Positions 1 to 9,487 are shown, numbered from the stretch's first letter. The stretch: 64,000 bases of DNA from Candidatus Woesearchaeota archaeon (GCA_047602905.1 JBLKOP010000002.1:79381-143380); one strand, 5' to 3'. The notes: generated from the sequence alone by a model not told the origin. Numbers and translations are program-made.

Positions 1-1473
1 CCGCGAGCAGACGGAGTTGTTATTACAAGTGTTGCTACGAGCAGTCCAGCAATAGAGGCAGGTATTACTGGTCCTAGCAGTACTACACAACCGGTTCAGC
101 GAGAGCGAGTGCTGCGCTTTAACGGAGTAGACATTACGAGTGTTGAGCAGTTTAATAGCTTAAACCAGAACCTTTCAGGACTCATACAAGTACAGACTGA
201 TAAGGATAGCTACGTAGTTACTATTCCTAACACTACAACGACTACAGGTATTACTGTAGGAGAAGCTCCAAGAAGTAATATTCGTCTCGGCCTTGACCTT
301 ACTGGTGGTGCTCGTGTTATGGTGCAGCCTGTTGAGCCTGTTGACGCGGATATCATGGATTTGTTATTAGCTAATATTGAGGAGCGCATTAACGTGTTTG
401 GTCTCTCTGACGTTACTGTTCGTGACGTACAAGACTTTACGGGTAACCAGTTCATTCTTGTTGAGATAGCAGGTGCTGATGAGCAAGCAATTGTTGATTT
501 GCTTACGCAACAAGGAGATTTTAAGGCGGTAATTGGTAACACCACTGTTTTTAGTGGTGGTGATGACATCACGTATGTGGGGACAAGCGCTACTGATAGC
601 GGTATTCGTCAGTGTAGCCCTGGTGGTGCAGGTGTTGTGTGTGAGTTCTTCTTTGTCATTAGTCTTTCTTCACAAGCTGCGCAAAGACACGCTGACGTAA
701 CAAGGCCGTTAGATGTTATTCCTAGTCAAGGAGGCGGGTATTTGAGTGAAACGATGGATTTGTATTTGGATGGAGAGCTTATCACGAGTCTTCAGATTAG
801 TGCTGGTCTTCGTGGAAGTACTACTACGCAAATTCAGATTAGTGGTTCTGATAACGCCGCTACGCAAGAAGCTGCTGCTCGTGCTGCTCAGGAGAGTATG
901 AAGCAGTTACAGACTGTTCTTGCTACGGGAAGTCTTCCTGTGGAGCTTGAGGTTGTTAAGACGGATAGTATTAGTGCTGAGCTTGGTAGCACGTTTATTC
1001 AGAATATCTTCTTTGTTGCTTTGTTTGCGTTACTTGCTATTGTCATTACTGTTTCTACTCGGTACCGTGATTGGAAGATTAGTATTCCTATGCTTATCGC
1101 TATGCTTTCTGAGCTCGTTATTATTCTTGGTATCGCTGCTTTGTTCAGATACAACCTTGATTTGGCTGGTATCGCTGGTATTATTATTGCTATTGGTACG
1201 GGTGTTGATGACCAAATAATTATTGTTGATGAGATTAAGAGTGGCGGGAATCGTGGTGGTAGTTGGAAGCAGCGTATGGGTCGTGCGTTCTTTATTATTT
1301 TTGCTGCGTTCTTTACCTTACTTGCTGCTATGCTTCCTCTTATGTGGGCTGGTGCTGGTCTTGTTCGTGGCTTTGCTATCATGACTATTGTTGGTGTTAC
1401 TGCTGGTGTGTTAATTACTCGTCCGGCGTTTGCTGAGTTGGCTAAGAAGTTTGTGAAGATGGAAGAAGAGTAG
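1..1473 (+). CDS. secD: Protein translocase subunit SecD with N-terminal PDZ-like segment (5' partial)
   Basis: Frame open from base 1; LGLDLTGG motif, GSLPV motif, six C-terminal TM segments, GTGVDDQIII and GFA motifs of SecD. Confidence 0.9.
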   Translation, partial: PRADGVVITSVATSSPAIEAGITGPSSTTQPVQRERVLRFNGVDITSVEQFNSLNQNLSGLIQVQTDKDSYVVTIPNTTTTTGITVGEAPRSNIRLGLDLTGGARVMVQPVEPVDADIMDLLLANIEERINVFGLSDVTVRDVQDFTGNQFILVEIAGADEQAIVDLLTQQGDFKAVIGNTTVFSGGDDITYVGTSATDSGIRQCSPGGAGVVCEFFFVISLSSQAAQRHADVTRPLDVIPSQGGGYLSETMDLYLDGELITSLQISAGLRGSTTTQIQISGSDNAATQEAAARAAQESMKQLQTVLATGSLPVELEVVKTDSISAELGSTFIQNIFFVALFALLAIVITVSTRYRDWKISIPMLIAMLSELVIILGIAALFRYNLDLAGIAGIIIAIGTGVDDQIIIVDEIKSGGNRGGSWKQRMGRAFFIIFAAFFTLLAAMLPLMWAGAGLVRGFAIMTIVGVTAGVLITRPAFAELAKKFVKMEEE

Positions 1474-1475
1474 CT

Positions 1476-1483
1476 TTTATAAA
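1476..1483 (+). promoter_or_regulatory. Archaeal TATA box for tRNA-Pro
   Basis: TTTATAAA 28 nt upstream of the tRNA 5' end. Confidence 0.6.
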
Positions 1484-1511
1484 CGAACTCGTAGTTACGA
1501 AGAGTACCAAC

Positions 1512-1584
1512 GGGGCTATAGTGTAGCTTGGTATCACCTTGCGTTTGGGACGCAAAAACTTCGGTTCAAATCCGAATAGCCCCA
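1512..1584 (+). tRNA. tRNA-Pro(UGG), intron-less, CCA not encoded
   Basis: Acceptor stem GGGGCTA/TAGCCCC; anticodon arm TTGCG-TT-TGG-GA-CGCAA; T arm TTCGG-TTCAAAT-CCGAA. Confidence 0.95.
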
Positions 1585-1586
1585 GT

Positions 1587-1970
1587 TTATGGCATTTTCA
1601 AGCTTTCTGGAGTGTTTTCTTTTTCTAGTCTCACGTGTTCTTTTCTGTGGCAATTAGCGCATAAAACAACGCACTTATTCATTTCTTCTTGAATGCGCGC
1701 TATACTATAGGCTAATTGTTTCATTTGTGAAGGAGCAAGATCTTTTTGTTCTGGATCGGGATGATGAAATTCTAAGCAAACATTTTCTTCCTCTCCGCAA
1801 TGCTCGCAACTAAGTGTGTCTTTGTATTCGTGATACCATTGAGTAATCTTTTTTCTTCGCTTCTTTGCTTTTTTTCGGTAGTACTCTTTTGCTTTCTCAG
1901 GATTGTTTCTATACCAGTTCCTCCAGTACTCTCGCTGTTTTTCTCGGTCTCTTGGTGACATAATATACAC
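1587..1970 (-). CDS. HNH-type zinc-binding endonuclease-like protein
   Basis: Basic N-terminal helix, CxxC, LEFHH, KCVVLCANCHRKEH. Confidence 0.8.
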   Translation of the reverse strand: MYIMSPRDREKQREYWRNWYRNNPEKAKEYYRKKAKKRRKKITQWYHEYKDTLSCEHCGEEENVCLEFHHPDPEQKDLAPSQMKQLAYSIARIQEEMNKCVVLCANCHRKEHVRLEKENTPESLKMP

Positions 1971-2079
1971 AAGTTGTCTGTCTTAAAAGCTCTTTTGTGC
2001 ATATGTCCAGTGCTCTGCGGAAAGCTTTTGTTTTTTCTGAAAATGTTTCGGATACTTGCTTGAACAACATGATTTTTTT

Positions 2080-2616
2080 TTATAGTATCCGTTTGTGCTC
2101 TTCAAGAACTGGTCGCTTTTTTATGTGGTGGCGGTAGTATCCTATGATGTTGCTGCTAAGAAACACGAGCTCTATAAGCACTCCCATTGGGGTGAATATG
2201 ATTGCGTTGTAGGTGATGACGATGCTTGTTGCTATCATCATGAGTATGCGTAGGTGTTTATCGTTTTTTTGAAAGCGGGCTATGAGTCCTATGTATAATC
2301 CCGTAAATATTACTAGGTCTGTCCAGGAGGTGTAGTTTAGTGTTATTGGTAGTATGTAGAGTATCATGAATGCGTAGAGGAATTTTTTGTTGGTGGTTTT
2401 GGTTGCTGTTATAAAAGAGGCGAAGGAGAAGAAGAACAGTATTGCTGCGTTTATTTCCTCTAAGAATAGGTAGTGGGTTGCTATGAGTAAGCTTGAGAAC
2501 GTAAGAAATACGAGTATGTGTTCTCGTTTCTTGAGCTGAAAGGATATGATGTCTGAGATGAGTGCTATTGCTATGAGTATTTGTGAGAGAAGAAACGGGT
2601 TGTTTAGGAGTTGCAT
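2080..2616 (-). CDS. YgjV-like inner membrane protein
   Basis: Multi-TM; SFQLKKR...HYLFL N-terminal pattern; NIIGYYR C-terminus. Confidence 0.7.
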   Translation of the reverse strand: MQLLNNPFLLSQILIAIALISDIISFQLKKREHILVFLTFSSLLIATHYLFLEEINAAILFFFSFASFITATKTTNKKFLYAFMILYILPITLNYTSWTDLVIFTGLYIGLIARFQKNDKHLRILMMIATSIVITYNAIIFTPMGVLIELVFLSSNIIGYYRHHIKKRPVLEEHKRIL

Positions 2617-2723
2617 TTTTGTTTGTTTGTTGTTTTTTATATAAAACTAGTTTTTTTTGAGGTACTTACTTATAGTGCGTAAAACCTTTTTTGTTTCAAT
2701 GAACTTTTTTTTGTAAAAATTAG

Positions 2724-3434
2724 TTATTCTTTTGTGTCTCCACCTAAATAGATGCTTTGTATTTTTGGGTGTTGTTGTATTGTTTTGTCTCCTTCTAGGG
2801 CTATACTTCCTTGCTCGAGTACGTAGGTGTAATCACTTATTTGTATTGCTTGTTTCGCGTTTTGTTCTACTACCAGTAGGCTTATGCCTTCTTTTCTGAG
2901 TTCTTGTAGTGTTTTGAAGAGTTCTTTGATGAGTTTTGGGCTTAGTCCGAGTGTTGGTTCGTCAAGGAGGAGAAGTTGTGGTTTGTGCATGAGTGCTCTT
3001 GCTAGTGCGAGCATTTGTTGTTCTCCTCCTGATAGGTTGTAGGCGAGGGTTTTTTCGTGTTTTTTTAGGTTGGGGAATTGTTTGTAGAGTTCTTGTATTC
3101 TTTTGTTTGGGTTTGTTAGTTGTTTGCTTGTTAGTTGGAGGTTTTCTTGTACTGTTAGTGTTGTGAAGTTTATTCTTCCTTGTGGTACGTAGCTTATTCC
3201 TAACTTTAGGAGTTCGTGTGTTTGTTTGTTTGTTATGTTTTTTTCTTTGTATGTTATGTTTCCGCTTGTTTGTTTTGTGAGTCCAAAAACGGTTTTTAGT
3301 ACTGTGCTTTTTCCTGCTCCGTTTGGCCCAATTAGGCTTACTATTTGTTTCTTGTCTACTTCTATGTTTATTTCGTGTAGTACTGGTGTTTCTTCGTAGC
3401 CTGCACTTACTTGTTGTAGCTTGAGTAGTTTCAT
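2724..3434 (-). CDS. livF: Branched-chain amino acid ABC transporter ATPase
   Basis: GPNGAGKST, YVPQGR, LSGGEQQMLA, LLLDEP, VEQN. Confidence 0.9.
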   Translation of the reverse strand: MKLLKLQQVSAGYEETPVLHEINIEVDKKQIVSLIGPNGAGKSTVLKTVFGLTKQTSGNITYKEKNITNKQTHELLKLGISYVPQGRINFTTLTVQENLQLTSKQLTNPNKRIQELYKQFPNLKKHEKTLAYNLSGGEQQMLALARALMHKPQLLLLDEPTLGLSPKLIKELFKTLQELRKEGISLLVVEQNAKQAIQISDYTYVLEQGSIALEGDKTIQQHPKIQSIYLGGDTKE

Positions 3435-4156
3435 GCTCCTAGGTATGCCTCCAGTACTTCTTTGTCTTCTTGTATTTGTTTTGGTGTTCCTGTTTTTAGT
3501 AGGCTTCCTTGGTTCATTACGTGTACCGTGTCTGCTACTGTTGATACGAAGTTCATGTCGTGCTCTATAAGTAGGATTGTTTTGTTTTGTTCTTGTAGTG
3601 TTTTTAGTACGCGCTGTATTTGTTCTCGTAGCGCTGGGTTTACTCCTGCTACTGGTTCGTCAAGAAGGATTATGTCGGTGTTTTTTGCTATTGCGAGCGC
3701 GAGTTCTAAGAGTTTTTTTTGCCCATACGAGAGGTCTTGTGCTTTTGTTGTTAGTGTGTTGTTAAAACCTACTGTTTCTAGTGCTTGTTGTGCTTGTTTT
3801 TTCCAGTCGGTTTCTGTACTAAATAGGCTGATGAGTTTGTCATCGTCCTTGTTAAGGGCGAGTTGTAGGTGTTCATACACTGTTAGGTTGCTAAAGAGTC
3901 TTGGGTGTTGAAATGTTCTTGCGAGTTGCTGTGCTACTCTGTGCGGTTTTGTGGTTAGGGGTTGTTGTTTGTAGAGTATTTCTCCTGCGTCTTTGTTTTC
4001 AAATCCTGTTATGAGGTTGAATGCGGTTGTTTTTCCGCAACCGTTTGGTCCTATGAGTGCTGTTATGCTTTTTTCTTTTACTGTGAAGCTGAGGTTGTTT
4101 ACTGCTCGTACTCCTCCGAAGTGTTTTGTTAGGTTGCGTACTTCTAGTAGGTTCAT
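3431..4156 (-). CDS. livG: Branched-chain amino acid ABC transporter ATPase
   Basis: FGGVRAV, GPNGCGKTT, ARTFQ, LSYGQKK, IEHDM, EAYLG. Confidence 0.9.
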   Translation of the reverse strand: MNLLEVRNLTKHFGGVRAVNNLSFTVKEKSITALIGPNGCGKTTAFNLITGFENKDAGEILYKQQPLTTKPHRVAQQLARTFQHPRLFSNLTVYEHLQLALNKDDDKLISLFSTETDWKKQAQQALETVGFNNTLTTKAQDLSYGQKKLLELALAIAKNTDIILLDEPVAGVNPALREQIQRVLKTLQEQNKTILLIEHDMNFVSTVADTVHVMNQGSLLKTGTPKQIQEDKEVLEAYLGA

Positions 4157-5025
4157 TGTAAGCTCACCTTCCCAAAGAGCCCTTTTGGTTTGTTCATGAG
4201 TATGAGTATGAGTATGCTTGCGTAGATGATTTGTCTTGCTGGTCCGAGTATGCTGCTGGGTAGTCCTATGAACCTGAGTGCTTCTCCTAGTCCTATGATG
4301 AGTATTACTCCTGCTATGCTTCCTTTCGTGCTTGCTAGTCCTCCTACGATGACTACTGTGAGTAAGAGTACGAGTTCTAGGAGCATGAAGCTTGTTGGGT
4401 CTATGTAGCTTATGTAGTGCGCGTACAGACTTCCTGCTACTCCTATGAAGAAACCGCTTATCGCGTTGGTTTTTGCTTGTATTGATAAAACGTTTTTTCC
4501 TAGCATCTGCGCTCCTGCTTCGTCATCTCGCGCTGCTTGTAGTGCTCGCCCGAAGCGACTCGTTGCTACTGCGTGTATCGTGTATACGCTTATCGTTGCT
4601 AGTATTGCTGCGAATAGGAGGTAGTGGTTGTTTGTTGTTATGCTTACTCCAAGCAGTTCTGGTTTGGGTATTCCTGGTATTCCTAGTGCTCCTCTGGTTA
4701 CACTCGTCCAGTTAAGTAGGATGTTTCCTATTACGTAGCTAAACCCAAGCGTTGCGAGTGCGAGGTAGTCTCCTTTTACGTGTTTTGTTGAGTACAGAAG
4801 TGCTACTGCAAATGATGCAGTTATTATGGCTGCTGCGAGTAGCGCTACGAGGTATGGTAGGTGTAGTTGCATCATAAAAATTGCTGATGTGTACGCTCCT
4901 ATCCCAAAGAGTGCTACTAGTGCTAGGTTGAGCATTCCTCCGTTTCCTAGTAGTAGGTTGTAGCTTGCTGCGAGTATTGCGTATATTGCTATGATGATGA
5001 GTATGTGTGTTAGGTACGCGCTCAT
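4153..5025 (-). CDS. livM: Branched-chain amino acid ABC transporter permease
   Basis: GDYLALATLGF, SRFGRAL...RDDE, VIVGG, PKGL. Confidence 0.88.
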   Translation of the reverse strand: MSAYLTHILIIIAIYAILAASYNLLLGNGGMLNLALVALFGIGAYTSAIFMMQLHLPYLVALLAAAIITASFAVALLYSTKHVKGDYLALATLGFSYVIGNILLNWTSVTRGALGIPGIPKPELLGVSITTNNHYLLFAAILATISVYTIHAVATSRFGRALQAARDDEAGAQMLGKNVLSIQAKTNAISGFFIGVAGSLYAHYISYIDPTSFMLLELVLLLTVVIVGGLASTKGSIAGVILIIGLGEALRFIGLPSSILGPARQIIYASILILILMNKPKGLFGKVSLQ

Positions 5026-5906
5026 AGTCTCTCCCCCGTCTTTTTTCCAAAGAGTCCTTGTGGTCTAAGCAGTAAGAATAAGAAGAGGAGTGTGAAGGTT
5101 ATTGCGTCTTTCCAGCCGCTTGGAAGCCACCAGATACCGAAGTTCTCCGCTACTCCTACGATGTAGCTTCCTGCTATGCTTGCTGGTACGCTTGTCATTC
5201 CTCCTATTACTGCTCCTGAGAATCCTTTTACCATAAGGCTTGTTCCCATTGTTGGCTCTAGGCTTTGCTCTAATCCGATAAGCACTCCTGCTACTCCTGC
5301 GAGCACGCTTGCTATCAGAAACGCTGCTGTCATGAGCTTGTCTGCTTGTATTCCTTGTATGTTTGCTAGTTCTGGATTATCTGCTACTGCTCGTAGTTCT
5401 CGGCCTATTTGTGTGTAGCGAAGAAAGAAGTATAGGAGTATGAGTAGTGCTGCGCTACTAAGAATAATGATTATTTGTAAGAGGGTTATTCTTGCTCCAA
5501 GAACACTTATTCCTGCTGTTATTTCAAAGAGCTGAAAGCTTTTTACTCCTGCTCCAAACAAGATCATAAGGATGTTTTCAAAGAGTATGAGTAACGCTAC
5601 TGATACGATAAGTATTACTACGCTGCTTGCTTGTTTTTTTTGTAGCGGTGCGTAAAAAAACGTTCTTACTAGGTAGCCAAGAGCGGCGCTTGCTATGAGT
5701 GTGAGAATTACTGATAGCCAAAAAGGCATTCCTAGCATGCTAAACAGCCAGAAACAAATGTATCCTCCTACAGCTATGCTTGCTCCGTGAGCAAAATGCA
5801 TTACTTTGTTTGTTGTGTAGATAAGGGAGAAGCCTGCTGCTACAAGGCCATAAACGCTTCCTATGATGAGGCTGTTAATGAGTAGTTGACTGAAAGGAAA
5901 GCTCAT
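5022..5906 (-). CDS. livH: Branched-chain amino acid ABC transporter permease
   Basis: YGLVAAGFSLIY...HFAHG, GRELRAVADN, VIGG, RPQGLFG. Confidence 0.88.
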   Translation of the reverse strand: MSFPFSQLLINSLIIGSVYGLVAAGFSLIYTTNKVMHFAHGASIAVGGYICFWLFSMLGMPFWLSVILTLIASAALGYLVRTFFYAPLQKKQASSVVILIVSVALLILFENILMILFGAGVKSFQLFEITAGISVLGARITLLQIIIILSSAALLILLYFFLRYTQIGRELRAVADNPELANIQGIQADKLMTAAFLIASVLAGVAGVLIGLEQSLEPTMGTSLMVKGFSGAVIGGMTSVPASIAGSYIVGVAENFGIWWLPSGWKDAITFTLLFLFLLLRPQGLFGKKTGERL

Positions 5907-5980
5907 AGGGTTGTTTTACCACAAGATATTATATAAACTACACCCAAACGTTTTTATGTATTAAGCTTCTTCTTTTGTAG

Positions 5981-7090
5981 ATGAGAAGAAGTGCTTTTTT
6001 GCTTATCGTCGTTGCGTTCTTATTGTTTGCTTGTACAACTCCTGCTCAAGAAAGTTCTTCTGAGACTGTTTATGAGATAGGACTTATTGCTCCCTTATCT
6101 GGGGATGCAGCGTTTATTGGTGAAGGGCTTTCTGGTGTTACTCAAGTAGCTGTTGAAGACGTTAATGCTCTCTGGGCTGATGATAATAAGCGATTAGTGG
6201 TTCGTTACGAGGATGGTATGTGTAATGGTCGAGAAGCACTTAGTGCTCTTCAGTCATTACATGATCGTTACTCAATTACTGTTATAAGTGGAGGCGCTTG
6301 TAGTGGAGAGACTCTTGGTATGGCTCCGTACGCTAATGATAATCAGATTCTTTTGTTATCAAGTGGTTCTACTTCTCCTGCTATTCGTGAAGCTGGAGAG
6401 TTTGTTTTTAGAAATTATCCTTCTGATGATGGTGTTGCTATCATTCTTTCTGAGCAAATTGCTCAGCAAGGTTTTTCTCGCGTAGCGCTTCTTTCTGAGA
6501 ACACTGATTACGCTCAAGACTTACGAGACGCTTTTGTTAGTAATTTAGAGCAGCGAGGTGTTGAGGTAGTTGCTAGTGAGAACGTGTTAAGTTCTTCAAG
6601 AGATTTTCGTACAGAACTCACTCGCATCCAGCAAGAACAACCTACTGTTTTAGTACTTGTTCCGCAAACAGCTCCTATGAGTGCTTCTATGATGCGTCAA
6701 GTGCGTGAGTTAGGTCTTCAGGCTGAATTGTTTTTTCCTGACTTAGGTGTGCTTTTTGACGCACTAACTGATAATAGGGATTTGTTTGTTGGCGTAACAA
6801 CTGCTCGCTATGTTGTTGCTGCTCAGGATAGTGAGGAGTACCAAGACATTCTTGCTCGCTCAAGTTGCACTCTTGAAGGGTACTGCGCTGCTCAGTACGA
6901 CGCGATAGTCTTGTTAGCGGATATTATTGATTCTTGTGGATCAGTAGACGCTCTTTGCGTTCAGCAAGGACTTTTTGATACGCAAGGAAGACAAGGGCTT
7001 GCGGGTGAGCTAAGCTTTGATGAGAACGGAGAAATTCTTGGCAACTTCGAAATCGTCCGTATTAGCGAAGAAGCAATTGAGCTTGTTTAG
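5981..7090 (+). CDS. LivJ/LivK-type substrate-binding lipoprotein
   Basis: Signal peptide with lipobox LFAC, IGLIAPLSG, FVFRNYPSD, C-terminal FDENG; divergent from the liv operon. Confidence 0.85.
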   Translation: MRRSAFLLIVVAFLLFACTTPAQESSSETVYEIGLIAPLSGDAAFIGEGLSGVTQVAVEDVNALWADDNKRLVVRYEDGMCNGREALSALQSLHDRYSITVISGGACSGETLGMAPYANDNQILLLSSGSTSPAIREAGEFVFRNYPSDDGVAIILSEQIAQQGFSRVALLSENTDYAQDLRDAFVSNLEQRGVEVVASENVLSSSRDFRTELTRIQQEQPTVLVLVPQTAPMSASMMRQVRELGLQAELFFPDLGVLFDALTDNRDLFVGVTTARYVVAAQDSEEYQDILARSSCTLEGYCAAQYDAIVLLADIIDSCGSVDALCVQQGLFDTQGRQGLAGELSFDENGEILGNFEIVRISEEAIELV

Positions 7091-7379
7091 TATTTTGCTT
7101 TTCTCGCAGCAGCTTATTGATACGAACAAACGTTTCCAAAAAACAACTCGTGCAAGATAGTGCTAGGAGATTCTTAGGAAGTAACTTCTTTTTCATTGGT
7201 TTTTTTGTACTTCATGTGCAATAACGTCTCTGTACTCAACAAGTTGTGGTTGTAATCCATGAGCGGCTCCTGGTTTTTCAAACAATACGATATTCATCTG
7301 TTTCTCTTGTAGTTGTATTGTTTTTATTACCTGCTATCCTCTCTTATTTGGCTGTGCTTGTTATGCGCAAATAAGAACA

Positions 7380-7597
7380 ATACTTACTTTACTCTGAAAG
7401 ACACAAACATCACGCACGTAGTCAAACAAAACAGTGCGTGGGACGTAGAACTAGAAGTCCTCGCCCACACCTACCAGGAATACCAAGAAACAATAAATAA
7501 CCTCACACAAGAATTCTCAGAAACAATAACAAGAATAGAAACAGCAATAATGACAGCAGACCGCGTCTGGCCAGCAGGAGCAAACTTCTTAAAGTAA
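7380..7597 (+). pseudogene. 3' remnant of an Lrp/AsnC-like regulator
   Basis: ITHVVKQNSAWDVELEV...YQETINNL resembles the C-terminal domain of the intact gene at 17375; no HTH or credible start. Confidence 0.5.
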
Positions 7598-7655
7598 TCA
7601 CTTATAAGTAGTTAAAAAAGATACTTATTTAAATACCTATTTATTCAACAAGTAT

Positions 7656-8567
7656 ATGAATCTTAAATCTAGGCATTTCTTATATGCTACGCAAGAAGAT
7701 ATAGATAATCCTTTGGAACTTTCAAAGAACCCCAATAATATTAAAGTTGTAAATCTCGGGGATTCGTTTTTTTATCCTCCAAAACATCTTCAAGAAGGTC
7801 TTGAATCTGTTTTAGTATTCTCAGAAAACACTAAAAAAAGAGACATTCCAAGCGGAAGTGTGTGGAGGTATAGTGATGCTGATTATAAACCGGAAATTTT
7901 ACGAGATGACGTCGGTTGTGGCATTACTCTTTACCTGATGCAAAAGGGAGTAACTCCAGAAGATGTATTAAAAGTAGGTTCTCAATACTCTTTTGGAGGA
8001 GGAAACCATTTTCTAAATAAAGGTTCTTTTGATGAAAAACTGGACTATTTAATGTTACACTCTGATTTAAACTCTCAAAAAAAAATTCCTAAATCAACAT
8101 CTGAAGCTCAATCTCAAGTAAGTACTGCCACAAGTAAGCGTAGAGAACTTATTGAAAAAATGATTAATGAATTAGAAACTAGAGCTGACTTTTTTATGGA
8201 CTGGCCACATAATCATATTGATACTTCCGGTGAAAAAACAATATATATGAAAGGTGTTGTTGATACAAAAAAAACAGAAGGAATAGGATTACTTGCTTTA
8301 ACTCCCCATGATGGTTGCGCGTTATACGTGCAAGGTTCTGAGGTATTAAATGGGTATATGCAGCATGGGATTGGAGTAAAAAATCATGAATATCTTAAAG
8401 AGTACTCCTCTGTTAATAATTCTAAACACCGATATTACATCCCTAAAGACGACCCACTAGTAAGAGAAAGTTTTAACTCTATGCGTGCTTTTGGAAAAAA
8501 ATTTTATCCTCGAGCAACATTTGTTGAAAGGTATCTTTCTCCAGAAATAACAATAAGAAGTCGCTAA
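7656..8567 (+). CDS. Compact, divergent RtcB-family RNA ligase-like protein
   Basis: Ordered motifs LGDS, IPSGSV, DVGCG, GGGNHF, MLHS, DWPHN, YMKG, QHGIG; TATA TTTAAATA at 7628-7635. Confidence 0.72.
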   Translation: MNLKSRHFLYATQEDIDNPLELSKNPNNIKVVNLGDSFFYPPKHLQEGLESVLVFSENTKKRDIPSGSVWRYSDADYKPEILRDDVGCGITLYLMQKGVTPEDVLKVGSQYSFGGGNHFLNKGSFDEKLDYLMLHSDLNSQKKIPKSTSEAQSQVSTATSKRRELIEKMINELETRADFFMDWPHNHIDTSGEKTIYMKGVVDTKKTEGIGLLALTPHDGCALYVQGSEVLNGYMQHGIGVKNHEYLKEYSSVNNSKHRYYIPKDDPLVRESFNSMRAFGKKFYPRATFVERYLSPEITIRSR

Positions 8568-9487
8568 GAAGCAACTTTATACTTATTAACCCATTTTTCG
8601 AAATCCTCTGTTTTCTCCTCAGGAACAAGATGTATATTGTAATAATCATTTTCTTTATGTGGTTTCTTCTCAAACTGATAATTGACATGAGGTATTTCCA
8701 AATCATCTGTATGGAGTAATAAGGTATTTATTCCTCGTTTAAACAATAATTCTTTATCAACTCCTAAAACTACTAATGGTATATCTTCCTGTAATTCTTT
8801 TAGAGAAAAGTCAAGAGAATAACAATAATCTCCACTTCCATTACCATACCGATCTAACTTAACAAACTTTTTTGTTTTAGATACTCTCTGCATAATATCA
8901 TCTACTTTTTTGTGTATCTTAGAGACTAATTTTTTTCTACTATTAATAAATTCAATCAACTTAATGACTTCTTCATCAAGTGCAAAAAGTATTGATTTAA
9001 TAGTATTTGAATGTTCTTCTAAAAAATACTTGACTTCTTTATTATTGGCGTTTCCATTCCAATTGTTTACTAGTTCGTGCAGCTCTTCAAAAAGACTTTT
9101 TTTATTAATACTAATTTGATTAATATCTTCAAGAAGTTCTACAAGAAGCGCTCTTTCAATATGTAATGTATCATTATCATAAAATACTGTTGCTGCTTCA
9201 TTAACTACTTCCAATAAATCAAATATCCCATACACGCGGTGGTATTCAACACCTTTACCGCCTTCTCTAGATTCATTGTGATACTTGTCTATTTGTTTAA
9301 GCACGTATCTAAACTGTCGTATATTGGGATTTTCTAGTAATTCCTCTACGCCAGCAATAAAGAGTTCTTCTATGTTCTTTATCTCAGACAATTCTTTTAG
9401 AAGTAATTGCTTTTCTTTTTCTAAAGTTATATTAAATTTGTTGGTAAATGGTTTTTTTGTATGTAATAATTTAAAAAATGCTTTCAT
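8564..9487 (-). CDS. Hypothetical protein, helical N-terminus and His-containing C-terminal domain
   Basis: 307-aa AT-rich ORF convergent with and overlapping the RtcB-like gene by 4 nt. Confidence 0.7.
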   Translation of the reverse strand: MKAFFKLLHTKKPFTNKFNITLEKEKQLLLKELSEIKNIEELFIAGVEELLENPNIRQFRYVLKQIDKYHNESREGGKGVEYHRVYGIFDLLEVVNEAATVFYDNDTLHIERALLVELLEDINQISINKKSLFEELHELVNNWNGNANNKEVKYFLEEHSNTIKSILFALDEEVIKLIEFINSRKKLVSKIHKKVDDIMQRVSKTKKFVKLDRYGNGSGDYCYSLDFSLKELQEDIPLVVLGVDKELLFKRGINTLLLHTDDLEIPHVNYQFEKKPHKENDYYNIHLVPEEKTEDFEKWVNKYKVAS

